NCBI GenBank assembly: GCA_013265495.1
Contig: MU058337.1
Location: forward strand, 2,448,686 to 2,512,685
Origin: Vicugna vicugna
Lineage: Eukaryota
DNA length: 64,000 nt
Direction: 5' to 3'
Positions 52,386 through 64,000 of the stretch are shown here, piece by piece. The notes under the pieces are model-generated. The model worked only from the letters and a program-made list of their open reading frames with translations. It was not told where the DNA came from and did not search any database. How positions within the stretch are numbered: position 1 is the first letter of the stretch; the number at the start of each line of letters is the position of its first letter. The position numbers were made by a program, and so were the translations under genes.

Positions 52386-52617
52386 ATATTTAGTGAGTAG
52401 TTAAATGTGCCAGGCACCACTGTAATCATGTGACATTAAATCATTCATTCACAGTAAGTGAATAGCCATGGTGATAGGCAGTGCTATCGTGCCTATTTTA
52501 AACATGGTGGAATTGGGATGCAGAGCTGTGAAGACATTTGCCAGAGATCTGATAGCCAGCAAGCAGTGGCTATTCATTTCAAGCCTGAAGCCCTGTTTCT
52601 TAACCATCCTTGTGCTG
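52386..52617 (-). mobile_element. MIR SINE (apparently inside a plus-strand MIR at ~52320-52700)
   Basis: ATGTGCCAGGCAC...CCTATTTTAAACATGGTGGAATTGGG...TCTTAACCA. Flanks GGGCAAAC and GAGCTTCAG...TAAAATGAGATA...CATAGGACTGTT continue a second MIR. Confidence 0.6.
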
Positions 52618-52819
52618 ATTTCTTTGAGCTTCAGTAGTTTCAATTATAAAATGAGATAGTTCTTTCTCCATAGGACTGTTACAAAGATCAAATCTCCTGA
52701 TCGCTAAACACATTTCAAAAGAGGTGTTCCCTTTGCCCAAAGATTACACAAAGCTATGCTTTCCCCCAGGCTGAAGAGCCCCCAGATCAAGTACACAGAA
52801 TAAGGACTGGCTTTCAGGA

Positions 52820-53420
52820 ACCACTCATCCTTGCCTGGCAAACTCATCTCAGTGCCCAAAGTGCAGGCCTCTCATCATGGCTGTGGACGCGTCATCTCTG
52901 TTGTAACCCTTACCAGCAACTCTCTGTTTCTCGGAAGCAAAAACAAGACTTCTTTGTCATGGCGTAGAAATGTCTTCCTGATGGGGCCCCTGCCCTCTTC
53001 CCTTCCTTGCCAGTCTCCTTTTGTTGTTCTTCACTCAGTTCATGCTGAATTACTTGTGGTTTCTGGATTCGTCCCACCACCGTGTCTGTGATCTTTGGGA
53101 AGTCCGCCCCTTCTGTCTCGGGAGACCTCCCCCAGCTGTTTTGCCTAACCAGTTCCAACCGCTTCGCCAGGTATCCAACCATCATCTCCAGTGCCTTCTT
53201 GGACATCCTGCTGCCACTCAATGCAGTCTTCTTTCATTTTCCCCTAACACTCAGTCTTGCCTTTTTATTAGCACACATCTTGTGCTGTTCTGCATATACT
53301 TATAAACCTGTTTCCCCTTTCAATCACTGAGATTTTTAGCAGAAGATATTTTGGTTCATCCTCTTATCTTCCGCAGAGCTTGCTACACTTAGCAACTGCT
53401 TGTTTGGTTGATTTAAATAA
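52820..53420 (+). mobile_element. L2 LINE 3' region
   Basis: Pyrimidine-rich L2-like body ending TTGTTTGGTTGATTTAAATAAA. Confidence 0.55.
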
Positions 53421-55139
53421 AATCCTGTAGCTAATTTTAAGAGCTGCATGTTTCCTTCTCAAGACTAAAATAGTAATGGATAAAGCCGTTGATAAACAAA
53501 ACTAAGAGGGTAAATACTATGAGGTTTTACCCACTCTGCTTTATTCAGTACGGTGGCTTATATTTAGTTCTGTGTATCTTTGATGAGCACATTTCAACTT
53601 GTTCGACATCCTATTCCACTCTACTTATCCGCAGGCCATTTTCTCAGTAATTGGGACTGTAATAACTTAACTTTCTGTCGTTTACAGAATGCTTAGAATT
53701 TTGATTCACAATAGGAACAGCTCCATACAATGGAACAGACTGACAGAACTGAATTGGAGCTTTCAGTTCTGATTTGATTGGATTGCCCAGGGTGGAGAAA
53801 GAAAGGGAACACCAGACGCAGAGAAGTAAGTATATCGTGACAATGACACTTAATAACTTGCCCAAAGATTTAGGTTTCTTTGGATGGTATCTGCATTTCT
53901 TTATAGAGCAGGATGAATAAAAATCCCCCAGAGTGAAATTATCTACAGCAAATGTACTATTTCCCCCTTCTGTCTAATAAAGAAAGAACATTTGACACTG
54001 ACTGGGTGCTTCCTTGCATAATAGTTACATCCTAGTTACATTATAGATTTTCCTTCCACTACAAGGCACAGCTCTTGTGTAAGGAAGGACCTATATACTG
54101 TTCATTTTCATTTATTATTTGCACCTAGCATTATATTTGCTTCTAAAAGAAATCTGCTCAATATAATGAAAGACAGAACGTGTTAGTCAAGTCATGTGCT
54201 TTATGATCTCCATGAAGATACAATAATCAATTTGCAAAACTTTACAAGGACAATGTTCCTAATGACCTAATAAACATTTAAACATGGTAGTCATCAAAAT
54301 TATTAAATTCATCCTCAATCTCAGTTCTGCACATTCGTTCATGTTCCAGGAGCTTACTGGAAGTCTTCCAAGACTGAGGTTTGAAAATTCTCTCCTTATA
54401 TTATGCTTTTATTAATAGGATTCCTTTAGTTTGGAAAGTGTCTCCAACCTGTCTGGTATTGTGGACAATGTATGTGTTGAGGGCAAATTTACCTAATTAA
54501 TACCAAAGAGAAAGAAAGGGCAACCAATTTAAGGGAAAGCTTACGAAAAAAATCTCTTTCTATAAAACTGAATATAAACTTCTCAGAGCATAGTTAATGT
54601 GTAATAGGAGAATGTACTTGAATTTGTGCTAATATATCCTATTTAACTATCTCATGTAACTTGAACTTTAGCTTCTTTTTAATGATTCAGAATGCTCAGA
54701 AGTAAATATCATAATAATTTTCACTGTAATTGTCAGTAAAATCATCAGCATTGACTAGTCAGCAGAGTAGGGTAATTGCAATTATGTTCATATTCTTCCA
54801 TGAATACAAGAAAGTAGACATGAAGAATGTATTTCTGAAGAAGAAATTGAACAGTTCTGAAAGTTTTTGTGTATATCAACTTGGTAGTACCAAATGTGAA
54901 AATAAGCACTTCAAAAAGAAGAAATATGACTGAAATTTGCATTTCAGTTAAAAATTTTTTATAGTTTATCAGTGACAAGATGAAGAATTCAATGTGACCA
55001 AAACTACATGTTAAAAGTGCATTCATGCAGAGTTTAAATCTTATATTAAAAAAATCAAAACCAGCCATTTAACGGTGTCAAGTTTTTATCCCACTGCACG
55101 TGAATATTGTGTCAAATTTAATTAAATTGTCTTACATCT

Positions 55140-57880
55140 ATTCTAATCTCACAATCTCTGTACTTTAACTGCTGTGGTTAGACCAATAATATTTAATGTG
55201 GTTATTGATGTGGTTAGGTTAAATCATACCTTTTTACTAGTTTTTTCATTTGGTCTTTATTTTCTTTTCCTCCTTTATTCTGCCTTCCCTGGTCTTAATT
55301 GATATGTATTTTTTTAATTATTCGGCTTTAATCTCTGTTGACTAATTTTAATACTCTTTTGAAAAATCTATGTAGTGATTGTCCATGGTTTACAATATCC
55401 ATTTTAAAATATTCTGAATCTAAATTCAAATAATGTTATACACCTTCACATGTAGTGTAAGGGTCTTATGGTGGGATATTCCTCCCTCCCACCTCTTGTG
55501 CCACTCTTTGCATATATTTTAGTTTCACATATACTATAAAAACAATACTTTGATAAAACTGTGCTTTAAAGAGCAGTGATTTTTTAGGGCAATTAAAATA
55601 AGAAAACATATTTATTTAGTCCCTTTTGATGCTCTATTTTTGAATAGGTCAAACCTTCTGAAGATGTCATGTTTCTGCTTCTTGAAGAGAGTCCTTTACC
55701 ATTTCCGACAGAGTAGGTCTACTGGTAATGAATTTTCTCAGTTTTGTGTATCTGCGAGAGTCTTTATTTGTCCTTCGTGTTGAAGTCCGTTTTCAATGTG
55801 TATATAGAATTCTAGGTTAAGGGTTTTGTTTCACTTGTAGCACTTTAAAGACAGATTCCTTAGACTTCTTGCCTGTGTGGCTGCGGGCAAGAAATCTTCC
55901 CTGATTCTTATCTTTATCCCTCTGTAGATAAAGCGGTATTTTCCTCTGGCCACATTCAGATGCTCTCCTGCCTGTGGTTTTCAGCAGTTTGAATGCCTGG
56001 GTGGGTTTACCGTTTTTGTTTTGCTTTGCTCTGTTTATCAAGTTGGGTGTTGTCCGCGGCCCTTGGGTCTCTGGTATGATGTGTGTCAGTGATTTGTAAG
56101 ATCCTCAGTTATTATTTTGTCCAGCGTGTCTTCTGCGTTGTGCTCAGTTTCTTCTCCTTCGGAGGCTCCAGCTGCGAACATGCTAGACTGTCTGATCCTG
56201 TCCTGCAGACTTTTAGTCTCTATAATTCCTATTTCTTTCTGTGATGTTGTCCTACAGCTCTTGAATTCTCTGTAAGTTTTATTTGTTTCTGTTTTTCCGT
56301 ATGAATGTCCATTGGGGGCCATTCTTATTTGCCAATTTTCTAGCTCCCTGATTATTTCCTAGACTATGTTAGATTTAATCAGGAACAAGTTGAAAGAATC
56401 CCTCACGTCTGTTTGTTTCCTATTAGGGCATCCCTATTTGATCCTTTCTTATAGTTTCCATTTCTTTAGTGAAATTACCCCCCTGACCTTGTATGTTGTC
56501 CATTAATGCTTTTCACCTTTTATTATATTTCTGCTTAATTCTTTACTTGATGGGTTCAGTATCTGTGTCATATCTGAGTCTGGATGATTGCTTTGAACCT
56601 TCACACTCTGCTTTTTCTTACTTTATGTGTTATATCTCAGATTTTTTTTTTGAAAGCTGGATATACTTTGTAGGATTGCAAATAATAAGTCTTATTTTTT
56701 CTTTTTCTTTCTTTCTTTTTTTAATGAGTAAATGGGAGCATACATTTCCTTGTCCTAGGCCTTCGGTGTCCATTGTGTTTAACTCCAGCCGTAACTTGGG
56801 GTGGTTTTGAAGGTGGTCCCCACTTGGGTCTCTCTAATCAGCTTTCCATTTTCCCTTTGCTCTTCTCTCCAGGCAGTTTGTCCCTTGCAGCATTTTTATT
56901 TTTGTTTTGGTTCTTTTGTGGGGTGGTAACTAGGTTTGTTGATTGATTGATTGATTGATTTTTATTGGAGGTACTGGGGGCTGAACCCAGGACCTGGTGC
57001 CTGCCAAGCACACACTCCGCCTCTGAGCTGTACGCTCCCCGCTGTTGCAGCGCTTCTAAATCTGTTCCAGTGTGCTCTCACCCAGGGCTGCTTAGTGTGG
57101 TGATGGAGGGCAGTGTGTGGTGTGCATGTTCTAATGTTCAGTCTTGGCAGACGTTGCAAACCTGGGCTGTGGGGGTACGGCTTGTGTAGGTGTTCCTGCT
57201 CCCCTGGGGGAGGGGCCCAACTGTAGCTAGGTTCAGCATGCCACGAAGAACCAGGTCAGGTATCTACCAAGTTCCTCGTGGAATGCCCAAGGGAGCAGAC
57301 AGCTCTGCCCCTCCTTAGGGCTGGAACTTTTTGTTTGCTTATCTGTTCCCTTCTCCCAATCAGTTTGCACCCTCAGGCCACCCTCAGGGTTCTGTTGCTG
57401 TCTCCCCCTGCCCCTCCCCCTCCTCTTTCTCTTCCTTCTGAAGACTAAGGCATCTCTCTCACAGAGGAGATAAGGAGGATGGGTTTGTGTGGATTTCAAC
57501 CATGACTGAAACTTTCTCAGGATCTCCTTCAGCTGTTCTTGGAAGAAAAGCTTGCAAAAACATGTGAAACTCCCGTGTTATGGCCCCACGTGCTTTAATT
57601 CTCCTCCTAATCCATGCTTGCGTTTAGTAATTTGTCAAAAATGCCTAGCTGAATCCTCTTACCAGCTCATAGGACATTCAGGGGCATCTCTCCATCGGGA
57701 ACCAGTCTCTCGTCCTAGCTCCTTCCTGCTTTATCCTCTCTCTCTTCAGATACTGATTTTACCCTGCAATCTCAGTTCTCTGATTATTTCTAGAAAAGTC
57801 TTGAATTTGCAGTTGTCCAGACTTTTTTATACTTTAAACTTGAGAGTGAGCTCCAATATCAGAGCTAAAACCGGAAGTCC
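55140..57880 (-). mobile_element. Old L1M element, 5'UTR/ORF1 region (decayed), interrupted by a SINE
   Basis: Minus-strand frames 56086-56322 (LQDRIRQSSMFAAGASEGEETEHNAEDTLDKIITEDLTNH) and 55817-56041 (FKLLKT...VFKVLQVK) resemble L1 ORF1p motifs. Flanking DNA is L1M-like. Confidence 0.8.
56893..57040 (-). mobile_element. Camelid tRNA-derived SINE (vic-1 type)
   Basis: GGAGGTACTGGGGGCTGAACCCAGGACC...CTGAGCTGTACGCTCCCC, internal (GATT)n, T-rich tail, TTGCAGC on both sides. Confidence 0.9.
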
Positions 57881-58689
57881 TTGATTCCTTTTTTTCTGCG
57901 CGTTCATCAGTTAAAATTGATGATAAATATTTAATAAGCAGGCATTTGGATGTATGTTTTCAAAAAATAAGAGTTTATTATATGACACAATACTTTCTTT
58001 AGGAAGAGCTCCAATAGTCTTATTAGCCAGAATGTTTATAATTTTCCATAACAATTGTGATGTCTCACTAGTTTCTATGTAAATAATTTTATAAATATGC
58101 AATTGATTGACTGGCTTTTCTTTTCACATTACGGGATACAAAGCTAAGAGTCAAGTAGGTGTTCCAGCTCCTGTTCCCACGTAGGTCACTATCGTTTGCA
58201 TTCTTAGTGTCATTCCTGGCATCACTTCCCCTCCATCCATGCTTTTACTTCTTATGTTGCCTTACTTTTATTTCCCTCTATTTTCTTATCCTCCATGGGT
58301 AAAAATAGAAAGACAAATTAAAAAAAATAAATTATAAAGGAAAGGAAAAAGGGAGGAAGGGAAGAAGAAAAGGGCAAGCACGAGAAATAAAATAGGAAAT
58401 AAAATGATTTGATTTCAATAAAGGATGTCAACATAAATTGAAAATTTTAGCAGACACTTGAAAAAGCCTAGAACACCAAGAAGGGGCAAAAATTATAAAA
58501 AGAGTGAGCACTTTTATTGGTGACTTAGACGTAAAAATCAATATTGTTATCTTTCATAAATTAATGTTATGCCCCAGTCTTCTCTCAGTAATGCAGTACC
58601 AAATTATGAAGATGTCATATTTAAAAGACTTCGAGATCAAGACCAATGCAGCGGTAGGGTTAACAGAAAATAGTTCGGGGAATTTGTGA

Positions 58690-58860
58690 GGGAACAGGCT
58701 GGGAGTCAGATGACTTCCGTTCCTGTTTTTCGCCTGTCGCTAGCAGCGTGACCTTGGTCAAGTTACTCAACCTTTCTGAACTTTGTTTTCTTCCTCTTTG
58801 AAAGAAGGGATTTAGATCCAATTATCTTTGAGTTTTAAAAATCTATACCTATGACTTTAT
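58690..58860 (+). mobile_element. MIR/MIR3 SINE
   Basis: GGCTGGGAGTCAGA...GTGACCTTGGTCAAGTTACTCAACCTTTCTGAACTTTGTTTTCTTC. Confidence 0.75.
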
Positions 58861-59974
58861 AGGTAGGTTAAGGTAGGCTGTGTTGGGCATTTAATGCCAA
58901 AGCTGAAGATTTTGGACTTGATCCCCTAGTAAGTGGAAGCCCTTTGAAGATGTCTGAATAAGAGGTTACCAGAAACTTTGGAAGAAGGGGTTAGTTTGGA
59001 AGGAGAGTGGTTAGCATGTGGGTGAAGTGGAGAGTGATGGCCTGGACGAGGGGGTGGTGCAGAGGTGTGGTGTTTGTGTGGTGTAGTGATGCAGAGGGCG
59101 GATGATGGAGTGCCAATGCAGGACTCAAGTCTCTGTGTTACATTAGAGCTAATACAGGACGAAATGTGAGCAGCAATGATTCAGGAGAAGGCTCAGGATA
59201 GCCAACGCGGCGTATGTCCTAGGGATTTAAGAATTTGTTCCAAGACACTATTTCCCTTTCAACAGGCACTTTCCCTTTATTCTTGCTTATAGATTACTGT
59301 GTTTATACAATTAAATACCAGAAGTGTTCTTTTCAGTTAATACAATGAAACACTTAATTTTAGGTTTCTGGAGTGATCTCAGTCTTGAATGGTCTACTTT
59401 CAGTGTCATTGAGACATCATATGGGAATTCTGGCATTTGGGAGGAATAGTCAAGACTGTTTTCCAAACTGCCCCCACCCCACAACTGTATCGTATCCCTT
59501 ATAGTAACATTCACATTCACACGCTAGTTGTGCCATCCATAACTATCCCTTACTGACGGATGAGATAGTCTGGATTTCACGAGGATGCTGAGCATAACCC
59601 CTAGTTTACTGATGACAAAGAAACCTGGCTGGCACCTGCTGTTACTAGCACCACCTTTAACTTTCAAATGTGTTCATCTTTTAATAATAAATTCTACAGA
59701 TATCCAATTTTAGAGCAATTCAGTACTAGCTAGACACGAGTATCTATTTTTCCCTTTCACAGACGCACAATTTTCTGACACTCTTTTGTATGTATTCCAG
59801 GATTGAGAACCGCTAGTCTAGGATATATGCAAACTCTCTTCAGGATACTATAAGGCATATAAAAAAATAATACACACGTCACACATCAAATCCTCACCTC
59901 ACTCCTCCCTCCCCAACACACACAAAGAATCAGAAAACTTGAGTTTTCCCGGAGGACTGATACCAGATACAGGG

Positions 59975-60471
59975 TGTGGCTGACAGACTAATGTCCCCCC
60001 TCCAAAGATATCCATCTTTGTCCCCAGAATTTGTGAATACATTCTGTTACATGGCAATTAAGGTTGTTAATAAATTGACCTTGAGATGGGGGGATGACTC
60101 TGAGATGGCGGTTATCCACATTGACCCAATATAATTACGAGGGTCCTTGTAAATGAAGGAGGGAGGAAAGACAGTCAGGGCAGAGTGATGCAATATAGGA
60201 ACTTGATCTGATGTTGACAGCTGTGAAGGTGGAGGAAGAGGGCTGTGGGCCAAGGAATGTGATCGGCTCTAGAAACTGGAAAAGGGTAAGGCAGACGGAT
60301 TCCTCCTGACAGTCTCCAGAAGGAAACACAGTCCTGCTGACGCCTTGATTGAATTCTAGTGAAATCCATTTCAGACATCTGACCCCCAGAATTATAAAAT
60401 AATAAGTTTATGTTGTTTTAAGCCACTAAGTTTATGGCTGTGTGTTACAACAGGAATAGGAAACTAATACA
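59975..60471 (+). mobile_element. MLT1D solo LTR, full length
   Basis: TGTGG...CCCCTCCAAAGATATCCA...GCCAAGGAATG...TTTAAGCCACTAAGTTTATGG...GGAAACTAATACA. Perfect 5-bp TSD CAGGG at 59970-59974 and 60472-60476. Confidence 0.92.
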
Positions 60472-61854
60472 CAGGGGTATATAAAATTCATTCAGATTTT
60501 TAAATAGTGCTAATGATATTGTCATGTAAATTGTCCAGTGCATTTTATATTTAAGAAAAAAACATCAAAGCAAGCCACTCCTTAAGCTCAAGATCAGACA
60601 GAAGCTTCTCTCTTCAGTAAGTTAGTTTGCTTTCTATTGGTAGACAATAAGATCCAGGTGTTTTGTCTTCTCATATTTGCTCCAGAGATCTAGGAGAGTA
60701 AGAATTGGGTTTTATGGTTTGCTGTAACCTTTATTTCTTACTATGAATTTTCTCTTCCCAATTTTTACGTTAAAGATTAATCTTTTAGGATTTTGATAAT
60801 ATCATCTTTGAATACATTTGTAAAGACAAAGGATAAAATAAATTAAAATATAATAATATTAAAACATAGATTGATTAAAACTAATTGATTGGGTGTAAAC
60901 AATCAATTTCTACTTGATAGAAAACCAGAAATGTCAGTCTTGTCCAACACACAAATTGAGAATTGGTCATATATTTACATTAAGATAATACAAAAGTTGA
61001 AGAAAATATTAAAAAATGAATAAGGTAGTAAACATTTTCTAATTCTATTATCTTTTTCTGTTTTTGTGGATGGGGTCAGTAAGTTAAAACAGGGGTCAGA
61101 TGAAACCAGTTCAACCATAACTGGTGGTTAAATTAATCAGCCACAGTTTGTTGTTTTACCTCTGGAGTCTAATTAGAACTGTCCTCTGGTGGAAGGAAAG
61201 CATAAACTTGTCCACCCCAACAACTACCCTGAGTCTCTTCTATGTGTGGAGTATCACACACAGCATGTGGCTGGTTACTCAATGTAGAAATATTTGGAAT
61301 TCTTGGTCACATCTCATGGAATTATTTTCATTTATTGAGTAACAGCTATGTATCTTTTTGCATTACATAAAATTTAGCTACAAAAGAACGATATTTTCAT
61401 ATAATTACACAAGGGTGCTTGGTCGAGATGCTCTGGTACAGACAGCAAGTACAACAGAAGCCAGAGAACGGAGAGGTTGCGTCTGCCTGGAGCTGGGGAG
61501 GTGCTTCCCGGAAGCGCTGCTGTGTGACTTAGATTATTTTCTTGGCCGAGTACAGTAGTGGGGCACGTAAGTTCTTCGTGTACATGCATACGTCCCGTGT
61601 GAGCCCAGACGCACTGGGACTTGGATTTCAGAGATTCTACGTTGACTAATGGTAATGAACAAGGAAGGACAAATAGATAAAGACCTGACATTTTTTACAG
61701 AAATAATCCTCAAAAGATTCTTACTCTTTGTGAATGGAATTACTTCGCTGCCATCGTCTCAGGCTTTGGACATTATTTATTTCTTTACCAAAAAATGAAA
61801 ATAAAGAAGTATTGGAAAAACTTGTTACTACATTGAACCATTCAGGAAAATACA

Positions 61855-61856
<2 letters not shown>

Positions 61857-61889
<33 letters not shown>
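61857..61889. repeat. (TG)n microsatellite
   Basis: Seen directly. Confidence 0.97.
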
Positions 61890-61892
<3 letters not shown>

Positions 61893-62478
61893 AGTGTATT
61901 TAAACTTGTAACTTTTGAGCAGAGAGAGAGCAAGTAAGCAAAGTTATAACCCCATGGATTAAACTGCTACTAAATCCAGCTTCGTTCTATCTGTTAGGTG
62001 GGCTGAAATAAATCTTGGTAACTATGGTGGAACATAGAGAGTAAGTTACATTTGGCACATTAAAAAAATATTGCTAAATACCTATTTTGTTAATTAATTG
62101 TGTTTGATATCAGAAGAAAAAATACGCCTGTTCATTTGTAAAGAAGCTTCATTACATTGGTATTAAGCATTTTCAAACATGGATCTTTGCGTGGATTCAT
62201 TCATTCATTCTTTATATTTATATATATGATCACCTATTTCTCAATGAATAAAAATTGAATGTTGTTTATTATTATTATTTTTTAAAATTTTGGTTGTGTC
62301 AAGTCAGAGAGAGTAGTTTTCATTTATTTAGTTCCAGAACACAATGAAATTCCTTGGCATATTGTGGGAGCCTAATAAAAAATACTTCATGAACAGATCT
62401 GCATCACTGTAATCCAAGTGCTTATAATGCTGTTACTTTAAATATTTAGAGCGGCTAATATACCCAACCTCCACTTAC

Positions 62479-62609
62479 ATGCTGATCAGCCCAGTTCCTC
62501 CAACTTGTCATATGAGAAGGGTTTTTTTTGTCAGTCTCCTACCCATTTCAACCTAATCTTCAAACTCTCAAAGACTTGTGAGAAACTGAATTCCCTGCTA
62601 TGGAGGATA
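62479..62609 (-). other. Candidate exon (131 nt), unverified
   Basis: Minus-strand TTTTTCTTTCTTTCAG| acceptor and CAT|GTAAGT donor. All three frames contain a stop. Confidence 0.2.
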
Positions 62610-62833
62610 CTGAAAGAAAGAAAAATGTAGAAATCCTCCCAGACTATTTCTAATAGGATGCATACTAGCTAAAATAATGAAGACTTGGGATTTTTGGAAT
62701 AGACTGAAAAATCCTAATGTTGCATTATGCAGCATAGCTAATTACCAGGGTTTCAAATATGTTTCAGATCCTCACATATAGTAGAGCCCCGGTTAACTGA
62801 CCATCCTAACGTTTCAGCCAGATTCATCTGTTT

Positions 62834-63019
62834 CACTGGTTGTCAGCTGGGGGCTGCTTTGCGTCCCAGGGGACATTGGGCACGCTTCAGAGACATTTTT
62901 GATTGTCCCGACCGAGGATGGAAGAGAACACTGTCATCAGTGGGGAGAAGCCACTGGTTAACATCCTACAAGGACTCAGCCAGCCTCAAACGCAGTAGTG
63001 CCCAGGGTGACAAATCCTG
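62834..63019 (+). mobile_element. MER20 (hAT-Charlie MITE)
   Basis: CACTGGTTGTCAGCTGGGG...CCCAGGGGACATTGGGCA...GAGACATTTTTGATTGTC...AACATCCTACAA...GGTGACAAATCCTG. Confidence 0.85.
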
Positions 63020-63649
63020 ACAAATACTTGCATTATAACATGGCTTTCAGGTTACATTTTCCTAAAGGTAAGATTAAATACATTTCATTTAGTAAGTGAA
63101 AGATTTAACAGAAACTCTTCAAATAAATGTATTACACCCCTCAACGTCCACAGTCATACTCAGTGTGAAACTAGGCTCAAGGACTCACCCAGTGGTGCAA
63201 CTTCCTTAACTTCTGAGGTTCCGTTAATACTCTTGCAATATCAGACTTAAAACATCAGTGTCCCTCACGTATCAGAATGGCTTGTTTTCTGTATTTCTAA
63301 GCAGAAGTTCCTTGAGGATCCCCAAGTGTGGGACACGGTCTCAGCCTTTGTTTACAAGGGAGTCATCTGGGATTCAACAGCCAGTTCCTGCTACTCTCCA
63401 TGGGCCAGCGGCAGCCAGCGTGTTTCCCAAGCCTTTGAAAACAAAGTTATTTGAGCCCCAGCAAAATTGGGTTCATTTCGTGTTTTCTGACTGTGTGCTC
63501 TTTCTTACGGATAGACGAAATTCATCACATAATATCATAATGTATCGTTTATTTTAGCTCTTTGTTATAGTGTCTTTTGACATCGGAGGGAAGTGATAAT
63601 AATAATGATAATAACTCTGCTAATTAAAACCAGAATATTATTCACTTAC

Positions 63650-63729
63650 CAGTCCATAAAGCCATCTTGGGCTTTCTTTTGTTTTTCTTTGTAATATGTC
63701 TTTGTTGCTTTCCTGAACACCTCCACCAT
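63650..63729 (-). other. Candidate exon (80 nt), unverified
   Basis: CTTTCAG|ATG acceptor with a weak pyrimidine tract and CTG|GTAAGT donor. Purine-rich, open in all three frames. Confidence 0.2.
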
Positions 63730-63868
63730 CTGAAAGCATTTCACGGCACTTTTCACATGTCATATAACGCAGTTGGAAGGAGACTGAAATATTATATGCT
63801 TCTGCACTTAGGAAGGCGCGAGGCAGAATGAAGGGCTCGGTTTCTTTGTCTGGATCGTTTTGTTGCAG

Positions 63869-63933
63869 GTGTTAATTTGCCAAGGTATTTCTCAATTACT
63901 GCTCAGACCCTAAGCATTGTACTCTCTGATTGG
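63869..63933 (+). other. Candidate exon (65 nt), unverified
   Basis: TTTTGTTGCAG| acceptor and TGG|GTAAGT donor. One open frame: (G)VNLPRYFSITAQTLSIVLSDW. Confidence 0.2.
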
Positions 63934-64000
63934 GTAAGTATTTAGGAAGAGAGTCAAAGAAAATCCGTCACTGGCAAATGTTTACTCAGTGTTTCGTGTT

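Noticed and set aside
53688..53825. Exon-like segment (TTTACAG ... GAA|GTAAGT)
   Set aside because: Stops occur in all three frames and there is no supported partner exon. A non-coding exon cannot be excluded but is unsupported.
54730..55068. Possible processed pseudogene or endogenous viral fragment (GAA-rich, QESRHEECISEEEIEQF)
   Set aside because: Frequent stops and no recognisable homology. A BLASTx search would be needed.
1..64000. ORFs in the six-frame track as protein-coding genes
   Set aside because: All are 60-189 aa, many start at non-ATG codons and overlap repeats or microsatellites. None resembles a cellular protein I recognise, as expected by chance in non-coding mammalian DNA.
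1..64000. CRISPR array, operon or other prokaryotic/viral system
   Set aside because: No regularly spaced repeats or gene-dense segment. The window is consistent with mammalian non-coding DNA throughout.

Overview
Mammalian nuclear DNA, most likely camelid. Three copies of a tRNA-derived SINE with the camelid vic-1-type head GGGGAGGGTATAGCTCAGTGGTAGAG are present, and I saw no Alu, Bov-A2/BovB, PRE-1 or CHR-2. The window is AT-rich and looks like a gene desert or large intron. It is dense in ancient eutherian repeats (MIR, L2, L1M, MLT1 MaLR LTRs, LTR33, MER20, a Tc2-type fragment) and microsatellites, and has one 75-N assembly gap. I recognise no protein-coding gene, RNA gene or CRISPR array. 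The listed ORFs are short chance frames or repeat-derived, and two are fossil L1 ORF1 pieces. I found no evidence of a new biological system. Worth follow-up: two repeat-free, motif-dense enhancer-like segments (~23.1 kb, ~29.7 kb); a 2-kb orphan CpG-rich tract plus CpG-rich patches inside old repeats; a possible inversion splitting an MLT1 element; a twin-primed L1; a few unverified candidate exons; a dual G4/hairpin site; and a false duplication at the gap. Repeat family names come from my recollection of consensus sequences, not from a search, and boundaries are approximate.
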